From Candidatus Hydrogenedentota bacterium (GTDB lineage Bacteria; Hydrogenedentota; Hydrogenedentia; Hydrogenedentales; SLHB01), in the NCBI GenBank assembly GCA_045863295.1, contig BTWA01000050.1, forward strand, positions 1 to 32,295: DNA of 32,295 bases. Reading direction: 5' to 3'. Below, piece after piece: positions 7,154 through 16,652 of this stretch. Below the pieces are notes generated by a model. That model was not told the origin of the DNA. It ran no database searches and worked only from the letters and a program-made list of their open reading frames with translations. Numbering within the stretch: position 1 is the first letter of the stretch; every line of letters begins with the position of its first letter. The position numbers were made by a program, and so were the translations under genes.

Positions 7154-9055
7154 ATGAACCATCGTACGCGCACCGCCGTGCTTGCCGTTGCCGCTTTGGT
7201 TGTTGCCAGCGGTGCAGCGTTCGTCGTTTTGCAGTCACGCTCCGCACAGAGCGGGCGCACCGGCCTTGCCGACAGTGGCAATGGCGGGATTGCCGCGGAA
7301 TCTGACGTTTCGTCAGCCAACCCGCTTGCATTTCTGGATGACCTTACGTTCGCCAAGGCGGATGCGGCGACAATCAATCCAATCCTGCCTGCAACCGTGG
7401 CCAATTTCCGGCTGAGCGACACGGAAGGCAAATCGCATGAGCTGTACCGAATGAACATTGCCGAGGCTCTTGTGATTGTCTCGCATGGAACAGGATGCCC
7501 CATCCAGCAAAAGAGCTACCCGGAATTAACGGCACTTGAGAAAAAATACGGATCGCTTGGGTTCTTCTTTGTCTATCTCAACGGCAATCCACTGGACACC
7601 GTTTCCACCATAGAAGACGAACGCAGGGAATTCGGCGTTGCTACGCCTGTGCTGCTGGACGAGGCTCAGTTGGTGACCAACGCACTGGCCATCACCCGCA
7701 CGGCGGAAGTGATCGTGGTGACGCCCACGGATTGGCAGATTCGTTATCGGGGCGCGATCGACGACCGCTTGGGCTACGGCGCGGAAAAGCCCGTTGCGGG
7801 TGAGACGTGGTTACGAAACGCCCTGGATGCGATTGTGCTGGAGAAACCCATTGAAAAGCCGGTTACCGAGACGAAAGGGTGCCTTATTGACCGGAAGCCG
7901 CAGCCGGCCGGCGTTAGCTATACTAAGCATGTGGCGCCGATCGTGGCCCACCGGTGTGCCACGTGCCACCGCGATGGTGATATCGGTCCGTTTGCCTTCG
8001 ACAATGCCCGCAGCCTCGCGAGCCGCTCTGAGATGGTGCGCGAAGTGTTACTGACCAAGCGCATGCCGCCGTGGCACGCCGATCCCCACCTGGGTTCGTT
8101 CGCCAACGACGGCGCCATCACGCAAAAGGAAGTGCAAACAATCATCGCCTGGATCGACGGCGGCGCATCAAAAGATGGCGACCAGGATCCGCTGGAGGAC
8201 GTGGAGCCCGTAAAAGATTCCGCGTGGCCGTTTGGCGAGCCGGATGTTGTGCTGAGCCTGCCCCAAAACGTGCGTATTCCCGCGCAGGGCACCATTGACT
8301 ATCAGTACATCCATGTGCCGTACACTGGAACGGAAGATGCCTGGGTTCGCGCGGCGATAATCCAGCCAGGAAACATGCGGGCCGTGCACCACGTACTTGT
8401 ATTTGTTCAGTATCCGCCGGAAATGGCTGAGAAACAACCGGAATACGAAGGCGGTCTGGAAGGGTATTTCGCGGGCTATGTGCCTGGATCCGCGCCGTCC
8501 GCATTTCCTAGCGGATCGGGCAAGTACGTGCCCAAGGGATCCACATTCGTCTTTCAGATGCATTACACGGCAACGGGAAAGCCGGAAACCGACCTCACGA
8601 AAATGGGGCTGTACCTTTGCCCAGAGAAACCCGACCGCGAATTCATTACGACGGCGGCCTATAACACCGATTTCAGCATTCCACCGGGCACCCCCGAACA
8701 CCCCATTGCCGCCACCTATGCTGTGGCCCGGGATACAGTGCTGTATTCGGTCAGCCCGCACATGCACTACCGTGGAAAGTCATTCAGTCTTGAAGCGCAA
8801 TTTCCCGATGGCCGTAAGGAGATGTTGTTATCCGTGCCGTTCTATGACTTCAACTGGCAGACGCTGTATGAATTCAAGCAGCCCATCTCCCTGCCTGCCG
8901 GCACTCATCTGGTGTGCAACGGCGCTTTTGACAATTCAGCGACGAATCCGATGAATCCGGACCCCAGCAAGACCGTATACTTCGGGGAGCAAAGCTATGA
9001 AGAAATGTTCATCGGATACATGAACGTGATCGAGACGAAACAGAGCCCCTCGTAG
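7154..9055 (+). CDS. Exported redoxin (AhpC/TSA-like) + c-type heme + copper type II monooxygenase-like fusion protein
   Basis: Signal/anchor. NFRLSDTEGK..GTGCPI..YRGAIDD..GCLI (redoxin-like). CATCH heme motif and MPPWH. VHHV, FQMHY, PHMHYRG, YDFNWQ and EEMF match PHM/DBH-type Cu ligands. AGGAG RBS at 7138-7142. Confidence 0.85.
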   Translation: MNHRTRTAVLAVAALVVASGAAFVVLQSRSAQSGRTGLADSGNGGIAAESDVSSANPLAFLDDLTFAKADAATINPILPATVANFRLSDTEGKSHELYRMNIAEALVIVSHGTGCPIQQKSYPELTALEKKYGSLGFFFVYLNGNPLDTVSTIEDERREFGVATPVLLDEAQLVTNALAITRTAEVIVVTPTDWQIRYRGAIDDRLGYGAEKPVAGETWLRNALDAIVLEKPIEKPVTETKGCLIDRKPQPAGVSYTKHVAPIVAHRCATCHRDGDIGPFAFDNARSLASRSEMVREVLLTKRMPPWHADPHLGSFANDGAITQKEVQTIIAWIDGGASKDGDQDPLEDVEPVKDSAWPFGEPDVVLSLPQNVRIPAQGTIDYQYIHVPYTGTEDAWVRAAIIQPGNMRAVHHVLVFVQYPPEMAEKQPEYEGGLEGYFAGYVPGSAPSAFPSGSGKYVPKGSTFVFQMHYTATGKPETDLTKMGLYLCPEKPDREFITTAAYNTDFSIPPGTPEHPIAATYAVARDTVLYSVSPHMHYRGKSFSLEAQFPDGRKEMLLSVPFYDFNWQTLYEFKQPISLPAGTHLVCNGAFDNSATNPMNPDPSKTVYFGEQSYEEMFIGYMNVIETKQSPS

Positions 9056-9088
9056 TGTTCGCTCCGATCGGTGCGTGAGTAAACTCCG

Positions 9089-10039
9089 TTACGGTACAGA
9101 TGCGAAAAACGCCCAGATGGCTTCGGCGGCATTGATGTCGCGGCTGGTGTTGCCCACGCTTACAAGTTGTTCTAGCACGCTTGTGTACCCGCCGGGCCAC
9201 GTGTGGCCGCCCCCTTCAATCCGGTAAAAGACTACCGGGTGTCCTCCCGGATTCGCCGCGTGGGTTTCCCGAAACACACGGGTGCCGTCCATGGGATCGG
9301 TGTCGGGCAATTCCTCGACTTGGGGAGGCCCGCCGGCATTGTTGATGCCAATCCAATGCGCCACCGAATCGGCAGCGGATTGATACTGCACTTGCATGAA
9401 GGGACCCTGGTTCACGGTGCCTCCCTCCCACGGGAAAAACGGATCGGCCACACCCATCATCATCATCACGGGCAGGGGTTTGACCGGAGCGCAGAACGAA
9501 CCAAACCCTGCAGGCAGAGTGCACGCGACTCCGGCAATGGCCGTTATCCTGTCGCTTAACTCGCATGCCAGCCGGTATGTCATCAGTGCCCCGTTGGACA
9601 TTCCGGCCACAAAAACTTTGTTGGCGTCTAGTGAGTAATCGATGGCCAACTGATCCAGGACCGCAGCGATATAACCCGGGTCGTCTTCACCCGGGCCTTG
9701 CGTCTCATCCGTGGGATCCCCATTCCACACGCGCGAGACCGCATCCGGGTAACAAACCAGAAATCCCTCTCGATCGGCCACGACATCGAAACCGCTTTTG
9801 CGCTGCATGTCAACGCCCGTCAGGCTGAACGGATGCAAAGCAAGCACAACAGGCGTGGGCGTGCCGGGGGTATATGACTCGGGCACGTAAACAAGATACG
9901 TTCGCGTCCTTCCGCCGTGTTCAATCGTGGTCCGCACGGTGCCTTGGGGAAGCTTGGGGCATGCTCCACCCATGCACGCTACCACTATCAGCAGACAAAG
10001 ACCGGCAACACGAACCGGGCGTACCATCCTGCCTTGCAT
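9089..10039 (-). CDS. LpqC/PHB-depolymerase-family alpha/beta hydrolase (esterase), probable lipoprotein
   Basis: RTYLVYVP, VVLALH, AGMSNGA nucleophile elbow, ADPFFPWEGG, GGGHTWPG. Signal peptide ending GGAC. Confidence 0.85.
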   Translation of the reverse strand: MQGRMVRPVRVAGLCLLIVVACMGGACPKLPQGTVRTTIEHGGRTRTYLVYVPESYTPGTPTPVVLALHPFSLTGVDMQRKSGFDVVADREGFLVCYPDAVSRVWNGDPTDETQGPGEDDPGYIAAVLDQLAIDYSLDANKVFVAGMSNGALMTYRLACELSDRITAIAGVACTLPAGFGSFCAPVKPLPVMMMMGVADPFFPWEGGTVNQGPFMQVQYQSAADSVAHWIGINNAGGPPQVEELPDTDPMDGTRVFRETHAANPGGHPVVFYRIEGGGHTWPGGYTSVLEQLVSVGNTSRDINAAEAIWAFFASVP

Positions 10040-10136
10040 AAAACACTCACTGGGTTGCCGTAACGATTTTGGCCGTCGTTCACTCTATCATCCATGATTG
10101 GAGCAAGAATCGCAACAGGTCTGCAGTGAACGATTG

Positions 10137-11084
10137 CTATCGCTGAAATCGCGAGAGGAATTCCCATATGAGCGGCGTGGCTTCAATGTCCTGGCTGGTA
10201 TTGCCGGTGATGCCTTCGCGTAATGACGACCCTTTGCTGCCTGGCCAATCATGGCCGCCCCCCTGAATGCCGTAGAGGATCACTTCGGCGCCGTCTGTGC
10301 CATTAAGGTACGACCGTTTCCAGACACGCGTTCCGTCGGATGGATCGACGTCCGGAAGCCATTCCTCCGGTTGAGGGGCATCGCATGCGTTGAATTGCGC
10401 CCACAAAGCGACAGAATCCTCCACCGAATCCACCATGCCCCGCGGCCTCCCGTTGACGACCACGTTTCCACCCTCCCATGGCACGAGCGGGTCATCCATG
10501 CCGTTGATAAACTGAATGGGCATGGAATTGGCCGGCAGGCAGTTGGGAGTGAGTGCGCTCGGCATATTCCCGATCACAGGCGCCGCCGCTGCAAATACAT
10601 CGGATGCCTCGCACGCAAGCCGAAGAGTCATCATCCCGCCGTTCGACGGTCCGGTGACATAAATTCGGCTGGCATCAATGGACTGCGTCGACGCAAGGTG
10701 TGCTACGAGTGCGCGAATAAATCCGACATCGTCAATGCCGAGCCGTTGCGACTCAATGGCCGGGTCTTCGCGCCCGTCGTTCCAATTGCCCTCAATGGCA
10801 TCCGGGTAGACCGCGATGAATCCCTCGGAAAGTGCAAGAGCGTCAAATCCCACGCCTCTGCCAAACTGAGTGCCGTTGCCACCTCCCCCGTGCAGCCCCA
10901 CAAGCAACGGTACGGGCGCCTTTGTTTGCACAGGCGGTACGTACAACCGGTACGTGCGTACTTGGCCGTCGTGCTGCAACTCGCCATAGGTTACGCCGGG
11001 TGGATCCAGTTCACAACTGCTGGCCAGCATCGCGCTTAACACGCCCACAACCAACGCCAAAGAGCGAAAATCACGGCAAATCAT
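10137..11084 (-). CDS. LpqC/PHB-depolymerase-family esterase, probable lipoprotein
   Basis: LHGGGG, WNDGR, DDVGFI, TGPSNGG, DDPLVPWEGG, GGGHDWPG. Lipobox-like LASSC. AGGAG RBS. Confidence 0.88.
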   Translation of the reverse strand: MICRDFRSLALVVGVLSAMLASSCELDPPGVTYGELQHDGQVRTYRLYVPPVQTKAPVPLLVGLHGGGGNGTQFGRGVGFDALALSEGFIAVYPDAIEGNWNDGREDPAIESQRLGIDDVGFIRALVAHLASTQSIDASRIYVTGPSNGGMMTLRLACEASDVFAAAAPVIGNMPSALTPNCLPANSMPIQFINGMDDPLVPWEGGNVVVNGRPRGMVDSVEDSVALWAQFNACDAPQPEEWLPDVDPSDGTRVWKRSYLNGTDGAEVILYGIQGGGHDWPGSKGSSLREGITGNTSQDIEATPLIWEFLSRFQR

Positions 11085-11147
11085 GTCGTACTCCTAACTA
11101 CAGGCTCACCGTGAATACATACACACATTCACAATCAAAGGTTACAT

Positions 11148-13268
11148 TCAACCGGTATGCGGCATGCCAAACCGGCTGCTCAGACGCTCGGCAAGGCCAT
11201 TCAATCGGCGCGCGTAGGAAACTGCCTGTTCGTAGGAGGTACGGTGGGTTTGCCAGCTTGTCCAGGCTTCCCAGAGCTCAGCGACGATGGACGCGTCGGA
11301 AATATCGCCGAACGCAATCTCGAAGTCGGCCACGCCACGTTCCTTGTTGTTCACGTAGATGCCCTGTATGTTCAGCGCAATCCTTGTCAATGACATGGCA
11401 TCCCAAATAGCAGTGTGGGTGACAATATCGGACGCCGAAACCGATCCGTTCCGTATGGGCGGCATGAGAACGGGATCGTCAATCGACTGCAAAAATGCCG
11501 ACGCGACTTTGGTCGTCCTGCTCGCATGTTCTCCGATAGTTGTGCAGATTCCCGGCCATGCTTCGCGGGCTTCCGCCTGTTGTATGGCTAACACACCACG
11601 CTTATCCGGATAGAGCGTATCCCCGGTTATCCGCCCTTGCTCATACGAATCGCGAATGCGAAGAAAGAGTTCATCCAGTAGAACCACTTCTATCTCATCT
11701 TCAGGCAATCGTTTGACGGCTTCATGAATCGTTTTCAAAGTAACGTTGTGATTTACAAGGCAATACCAAAAGAGCGGGCGGTTGGGATTCGCATCCATGA
11801 AATCGCGGATGGTTTTGTACACGTCCGAATGCCGGTGGATGGCTTCGCCACAATAAATATAGGGTGCGCCCCCTCCAAGATAGTCCTTTTCGAACGCGGA
11901 CGCGCCCATGCCCCGTACGAACCCCAAACAGTCGGGCAGTTCGCGCCGCAACATGGGCACGAACGACGGCAAATCCACCTCTTGCCACCAGTGATCGTCA
12001 TCCCAGTTGGCCATGTAAGCCACGCGCAGCCCGGCGGCGTCCATGTATCGTCCGGTCTCGCGCAGGTAGCCGGCCGCATTGGGATGCAGGAAGGGGTAGG
12101 TGTAGAGGACGCCGTTGGTGGGTGCTACGAAATAGTCATTCGGTGTTTTCAGTTCGTACAGGTGGTTCATCACGGCCGGCATCAGATCGACCGCGACAGG
12201 CAGCACCCCCCAGTTGTACGGAATTGAACCATGGGCCTCTTCGGCAAACCTGCCCGCATTTCGCTGCAACACGCTCCATACGGCGTCGCCGTCGGTGTTC
12301 ATAAATGAGATGTATACCTTGTCGCGTGTTTCGGTCAGATCCGTCATTTTTCTGTGCGATTGAACCCGCGGCCGTTTGGGCGTCTCGATGGACTGGTGCA
12401 CGGTCAGGTTGCGACATGCCAGAGCGCACAACACGCTGTGCCCATGCCGGGCGGCGAGCGCTACGTATTCATGCTCATTGCAGCATATGCATCGCCATCC
12501 CAAGGCGCATCCGGGAGCCTGAAAGGAGGCAAATACCCGCTCGTGCAACGAGTATTCCTCCCGATCTCGTATGCTGGCGGACAGATCGCAAGTGAATATC
12601 CGGTGAGCCACCAGAAAATCGCGCATGTAGACTCCGGTGGCGGTCCAATTGGGATAGTCTGTACATGCGCTTCCAATCAACCTTGCATTGCAGCCGCTGG
12701 CCAGATTCTCGAGGGCCCACGTATAGAGATCGCGTCTGTTCTTCCAACGGCCCGTCAAATCGCTGAGCGGTTTTAGTCCAAGGCGTTCAAGCATCTTTGC
12801 CGTGGCTCTTGTCGCAGGTACGGTTCCGTTGGCGCTCCCCTGCATCATTGCAATGTTCACCGTATCGAGAACATCTTCGTCACACAGGGTGTAGCCGTTG
12901 CAAAATCCTTCCATCCGGCCAAACAGTTGATACGGATCATCCAGAACGGAGGTTTCGATCCCCAACTTGGTGTAGTAATCCAACCAGTAAGAGTCGTGTT
13001 CGTCTTGTACGAAGTAGACACAGGGATTGACTCGATTGACAAGCCCCTGAAAACTGGTAAGTGCCACCACATCATCCCAAGGCAATTCTTTGTGCAAAGG
13101 ACAGACGATCAGCTTGGAAACCGGCGGCAACGGTGGAAACAGACCGGAGAGCGTGTATAGGACTTCTTTTGCATCGGTCGCGTTGGTCTGCGAGTTTCCC
13201 GTCTGTGCGGCGGCTATGGTCGAACCTGCCGTCGCGGCGAGAATTTCCAGAAAGTGTCTGCGGTCCAT
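11148..13268 (-). CDS. Tat-exported GxGYxYP-type putative glycoside hydrolase
   Basis: Twin-arginine signal MDRRHFLEIL. LTSFQGLVNR..P.VY, NLTVH, YISFMNTDGDA, IPYNWGV..MPAVM and DYFVAPTNGVLYTYP match the GxGYxYP family pattern. GGAGG RBS before ATG 13268. Confidence 0.7.
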   Translation of the reverse strand: MDRRHFLEILAATAGSTIAAAQTGNSQTNATDAKEVLYTLSGLFPPLPPVSKLIVCPLHKELPWDDVVALTSFQGLVNRVNPCVYFVQDEHDSYWLDYYTKLGIETSVLDDPYQLFGRMEGFCNGYTLCDEDVLDTVNIAMMQGSANGTVPATRATAKMLERLGLKPLSDLTGRWKNRRDLYTWALENLASGCNARLIGSACTDYPNWTATGVYMRDFLVAHRIFTCDLSASIRDREEYSLHERVFASFQAPGCALGWRCICCNEHEYVALAARHGHSVLCALACRNLTVHQSIETPKRPRVQSHRKMTDLTETRDKVYISFMNTDGDAVWSVLQRNAGRFAEEAHGSIPYNWGVLPVAVDLMPAVMNHLYELKTPNDYFVAPTNGVLYTYPFLHPNAAGYLRETGRYMDAAGLRVAYMANWDDDHWWQEVDLPSFVPMLRRELPDCLGFVRGMGASAFEKDYLGGGAPYIYCGEAIHRHSDVYKTIRDFMDANPNRPLFWYCLVNHNVTLKTIHEAVKRLPEDEIEVVLLDELFLRIRDSYEQGRITGDTLYPDKRGVLAIQQAEAREAWPGICTTIGEHASRTTKVASAFLQSIDDPVLMPPIRNGSVSASDIVTHTAIWDAMSLTRIALNIQGIYVNNKERGVADFEIAFGDISDASIVAELWEAWTSWQTHRTSYEQAVSYARRLNGLAERLSSRFGMPHTG

Positions 13269-13322
13269 GATCACCCCTCCCCATCCAAGCCGCAATACGA
13301 GTGGCTATCCCGACCCGTTGGT

Positions 13323-14348
13323 CTACAAATTGAAATGTTCCCGTGCGTATTGATGCATGGCGCGCACATTCTCCGGCCGAGTCCCACGAGGGACCTCGCA
13401 CCCCGCTCCCACAATGTATCCCGGACCCGTCTGGCGATGACACTCCGCAATTGCATCATAAATCGACTGGGGAGTTCCGTCCTTCAGCACGCGAACCGGA
13501 TCAATATTTCCAAGCAAAACCTGACCAGTCGGCATGCACCTTCTTGCCTCGGCCAGCGAGGCCGGATAATCGAGATCGACGATCTCACAGCCGAGTTCAC
13601 CCATTCCCCTTAAAATAGGCGTAGTATTGCCGCAAATATGCAGCCGGACACGTCCGCCCATGGCTTGTAGCCCTTGAACAAGCCGTTTCTCCTCCGGAAG
13701 TACGAATGAATCGTATAGATCTGGTCCGATTAACGATGCCGCGGCATCGCCCACGCCAATCAGATCGGCCCCGGCTTCCAATTGGGCGCGCCCGAACTGC
13801 AGCCCCATTTCGACACAGAATGCCATTAAGTCACGCACAAAAGTCTCGTCTTCATAAAAATCCATCATTAACGTGTTGATGCCGCGCAAATCTGCCGCCT
13901 CGGCGCATGGGCCTTCCACCCACCCCTCAATCAACTTGTCGCCCTGGACGCGATCGTGAAACCGTTCTATCGCACGCACGCGATCGTGCATTCGCCCGCC
14001 GCCCAGTGGGTCGGGAATCTGCAATCCGATCAGTTCCTTCTTTTCTGAAAGACGCGCATGATTCTCGTCCACCGCGGGCGGCTGATTTTCGAAGTACTGT
14101 ATCGCAGCCCCGCAGTCGGCCGCTTCCCGTCCGGGATCGGATATGGCGGAGACGTGGTCCGCATCGTAGTCCTCCGAGAAACGCAATTGGGACTCAACAA
14201 GAACCCGATGATCGGTCGCATACGCGTGATAGGTGACGCCCGCATTGTCCGATGCGAACATCATGGTGATTGGCATAAAAGCAAGCCTAGCCGAAGTGTC
14301 CCCCTGAATTGCGCTCAACACTCTGTCTCGCCCATTTTCATGTGTCAT
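13323..14348 (-). CDS. URO-D superfamily protein, MtaA/CmuA-like methylcobamide methyltransferase
   Basis: EAADCGA, GWVEGPCAEAADLRG, AGADLIGVGDAAAS, LHICG, LGNIDP and GAGCEVP give the HxC...C zinc-ligand pattern of MtaA-type proteins. Confidence 0.85.
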   Translation of the reverse strand: MTHENGRDRVLSAIQGDTSARLAFMPITMMFASDNAGVTYHAYATDHRVLVESQLRFSEDYDADHVSAISDPGREAADCGAAIQYFENQPPAVDENHARLSEKKELIGLQIPDPLGGGRMHDRVRAIERFHDRVQGDKLIEGWVEGPCAEAADLRGINTLMMDFYEDETFVRDLMAFCVEMGLQFGRAQLEAGADLIGVGDAAASLIGPDLYDSFVLPEEKRLVQGLQAMGGRVRLHICGNTTPILRGMGELGCEIVDLDYPASLAEARRCMPTGQVLLGNIDPVRVLKDGTPQSIYDAIAECHRQTGPGYIVGAGCEVPRGTRPENVRAMHQYAREHFNL

Positions 14349-14507
14349 GGCATCGTTTTCCGAGCGTTGGCCCTGCGCTTACCGCACCATCGATCCCCCT
14401 GCGCATCACACTAAACTTCACGCTTGGCAACTTCAATAAGTACCCATAATGGCGTTCCAACGCCGTTGGCCCGAGTCCGCAACGTCAATCCGCGCCTGCT
14501 ACCAGAC

Positions 14508-14536
14508 TTGCAAGAGTCCGGCCGATTTACTACAAT
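14508..14536 (+). promoter_or_regulatory. sigma70-type promoter of the 14563-19435 operon
   Basis: TTGCAA (14508-14513)-N17-TACAAT (14531-14536), 26 nt upstream of ATG 14563. Confidence 0.6.
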
Positions 14537-14562
14537 GATGCTCACCCCCCTTGTAGAAAGCT

Positions 14563-15660
14563 ATGCGCAAAAACGCACACCAGCTTGTCAGCTACATCGC
14601 ACCCGCGGCCCCGGCCACAAGGAGGCCAGCGACCGGCGACGAACCATACCTGCGTCCCGAGATTGGTTTCACACCCAAGTGGTACCGCGACGCGCTGGGC
14701 ATCGATTTCAATGAGCAGTGGCATGCCGATCCCTCTTACCGGCGGGAGAGCATCCTGGCAATGCGGGCTGAGATTCGAAGCCGCTTTCCCCATACGGCCA
14801 TTGGCTCCATCGATCGCCCAGATTCTCCTCTTGATCTGCTGACAGGGGCATACGGCGCCTGCACCATCGCCGCCATATATGGCTTGCCCATACGCTTTCA
14901 TAGCGACAATTGGCCTGTAGCGGAAATCGTTCCGCTTACCGATGATGAACTGGAGCGACTGCAACCGCCCAATCTGGAATCCAATCCATTTTTTCTATCA
15001 CTTCTCGACCAAATGGATTGGATTGAGCGGAAAGAAGGCTGCATCAATGGCTTCATCAATTGGCAGGGAGTGCTGAACAATGCCCACCGGTTGCGCGGTG
15101 AACAACTGTTTCTCGACTTATTGATGGATCCCGAACGCTGCAGACATCTGTTCCAGTGCGTAGCGACGACCATGATCGATGCAGCTAAAATTGTTCATGC
15201 CCGCCAGCGTGCAACCGGTGTGTCCGTCCACTTTTTCACAGTAAGCAATTGCCTGGTAAACCTTGTATCACCTGACTTATATGAAACCTTACTGCTGCCT
15301 TTTGATAAGCAAATTTCCGGAGCATTTGAAGGCATCGGCATACACAATTGCGCATGGACTGTGGACCCCTATCTCGGGCATTACGCGTCCGTCCCGGGCG
15401 TTAGTTACATGGACATGGGGCTCGAATCCGATTTTGAGACTGCCCGTGCACTCTTTCCCGAAGCACGCCGTGCGGTCATGTACCGTCCCACCGAATTAGC
15501 CGGCAAATCCGAGGCCGACCTCATGGCAGACATGGAACGAATCGCACGTGAACTTGGGCCATGCGATCTGGTCATGGCGGATATCGAAAGCGGCACACCC
15601 GACGCTCGTGTGCAATGGGTAGTGGACACCTGCCGCCGCATCAGCGAGCGCATGGCATGA
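14563..15660 (+). CDS. Divergent URO-D superfamily protein (candidate substrate:corrinoid methyltransferase)
   Basis: GVLNNAHRLRGEQLFLDLLMDPE, NCLVNLVSPDLYE, GIHNCAW. Stop overlaps the next ATG (ATGA). Confidence 0.75.
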   Translation: MRKNAHQLVSYIAPAAPATRRPATGDEPYLRPEIGFTPKWYRDALGIDFNEQWHADPSYRRESILAMRAEIRSRFPHTAIGSIDRPDSPLDLLTGAYGACTIAAIYGLPIRFHSDNWPVAEIVPLTDDELERLQPPNLESNPFFLSLLDQMDWIERKEGCINGFINWQGVLNNAHRLRGEQLFLDLLMDPERCRHLFQCVATTMIDAAKIVHARQRATGVSVHFFTVSNCLVNLVSPDLYETLLLPFDKQISGAFEGIGIHNCAWTVDPYLGHYASVPGVSYMDMGLESDFETARALFPEARRAVMYRPTELAGKSEADLMADMERIARELGPCDLVMADIESGTPDARVQWVVDTCRRISERMA

Positions 15661-16652
15661 CGCCTCGAGATCAAATGATTGCCGCGTTGGAACGCCGCCC
15701 AATCACAGGGCGTGTGCCTCACTTTGAATTGGTCTTCTTTCTAACGATGCAAGCTTTTGGAAAAGTGCATCCACTCCATCGAAATTACAGCCAGTGGTGG
15801 CAAATGACCGATCATGAGAGACAACTGCACCGAATCGACATGGCGGACGTATTCATACAAACCGCCCGCCGGTACGAACACAACGCCATCTTTCTACATC
15901 CCGTACCTTATTCGGAAGATGAGGAAGTTCGCATGATCGACCTCGTCCGTGAAAAAACCGGCGATAATTACTTCTTAATGGTACACGGCGACGTCACCTA
16001 CGAAATACCGACCGGCGAAGACATGATGGCCTGGACGGCGTGGGTGTGCGAGAATATGGACGAAGCAAAACGGACAGCCGAAGCACGCGTGAATAAAAAA
16101 CTGGCTCAGGCTGAACGATTGGCCCGGCATGGTGGACTGGACGGCTTTGCACTTTGTGCGGACTACTGTTTCAACAACAATCCGTTCCTCAGTCCAGACA
16201 TGTTTGGTGAACTGGTGGCCCCTTTCCTGACTCGACTTTGTGAGGGAATGCGGGATCTCGGCTTTTATGTGATCAAACACACCGACGGCAACATCATGCC
16301 AATTATCGATCAAATTGTCGCGGCAAGGCCCCATGCATTGCACTCACTGGACCCGCAAGGCGGGGTGGACATCGCTGAAGTCAAGCGGCGTTTTGGCCAC
16401 CAGGTCTGTCTTATAGGAAATGTGAACTGCGGTTTGCTGAATTCAGGTACCGAAGAAGAAGTCATCGAGTCCGCGCGCTACTGCATTCGTCATGGTATGC
16501 CCGGCGGCGGTTACGTATTTTCGACCAGCAACTGCGCCTATACGGGTCTTCCACTGGAGCGATATGAACTCATGTGGAAGATATGGCACGACGAGGCCAT
16601 CTACCCGAGTCAACCCCTAACCAGAGCCACACACCATGAACTCCATTTGTGA
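15657..16652 (+). CDS. URO-D superfamily protein
   Basis: MTPRDQMIAALE, ADYCFNNNPFLSPDMF, IKHTDGNI, SLDPQGGVD, LIGNVNC, GGGYVFSTSNC. Start ATG 15657 is coupled to the upstream stop. Confidence 0.85.
   Translation: MTPRDQMIAALERRPITGRVPHFELVFFLTMQAFGKVHPLHRNYSQWWQMTDHERQLHRIDMADVFIQTARRYEHNAIFLHPVPYSEDEEVRMIDLVREKTGDNYFLMVHGDVTYEIPTGEDMMAWTAWVCENMDEAKRTAEARVNKKLAQAERLARHGGLDGFALCADYCFNNNPFLSPDMFGELVAPFLTRLCEGMRDLGFYVIKHTDGNIMPIIDQIVAARPHALHSLDPQGGVDIAEVKRRFGHQVCLIGNVNCGLLNSGTEEEVIESARYCIRHGMPGGGYVFSTSNCAYTGLPLERYELMWKIWHDEAIYPSQPLTRATHHELHL

Noticed and set aside
13268..13325. Possible pyrrolysine/TAG read-through fusing the MtaA-like gene to the in-frame GxGYxYP gene
   Set aside because: A second in-frame TAG occurs at 13307-13305, the downstream gene has its own RBS and Tat signal, and no pyl genes or MttB-family gene are present.
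14349..14562. Cobalamin or SAM riboswitch ahead of the methyltransferase genes (also checked 20466-20592 and 28152-28601)
   Set aside because: No B12-box or S-box consensus recognisable by eye. An Rfam scan would be needed to exclude divergent forms.
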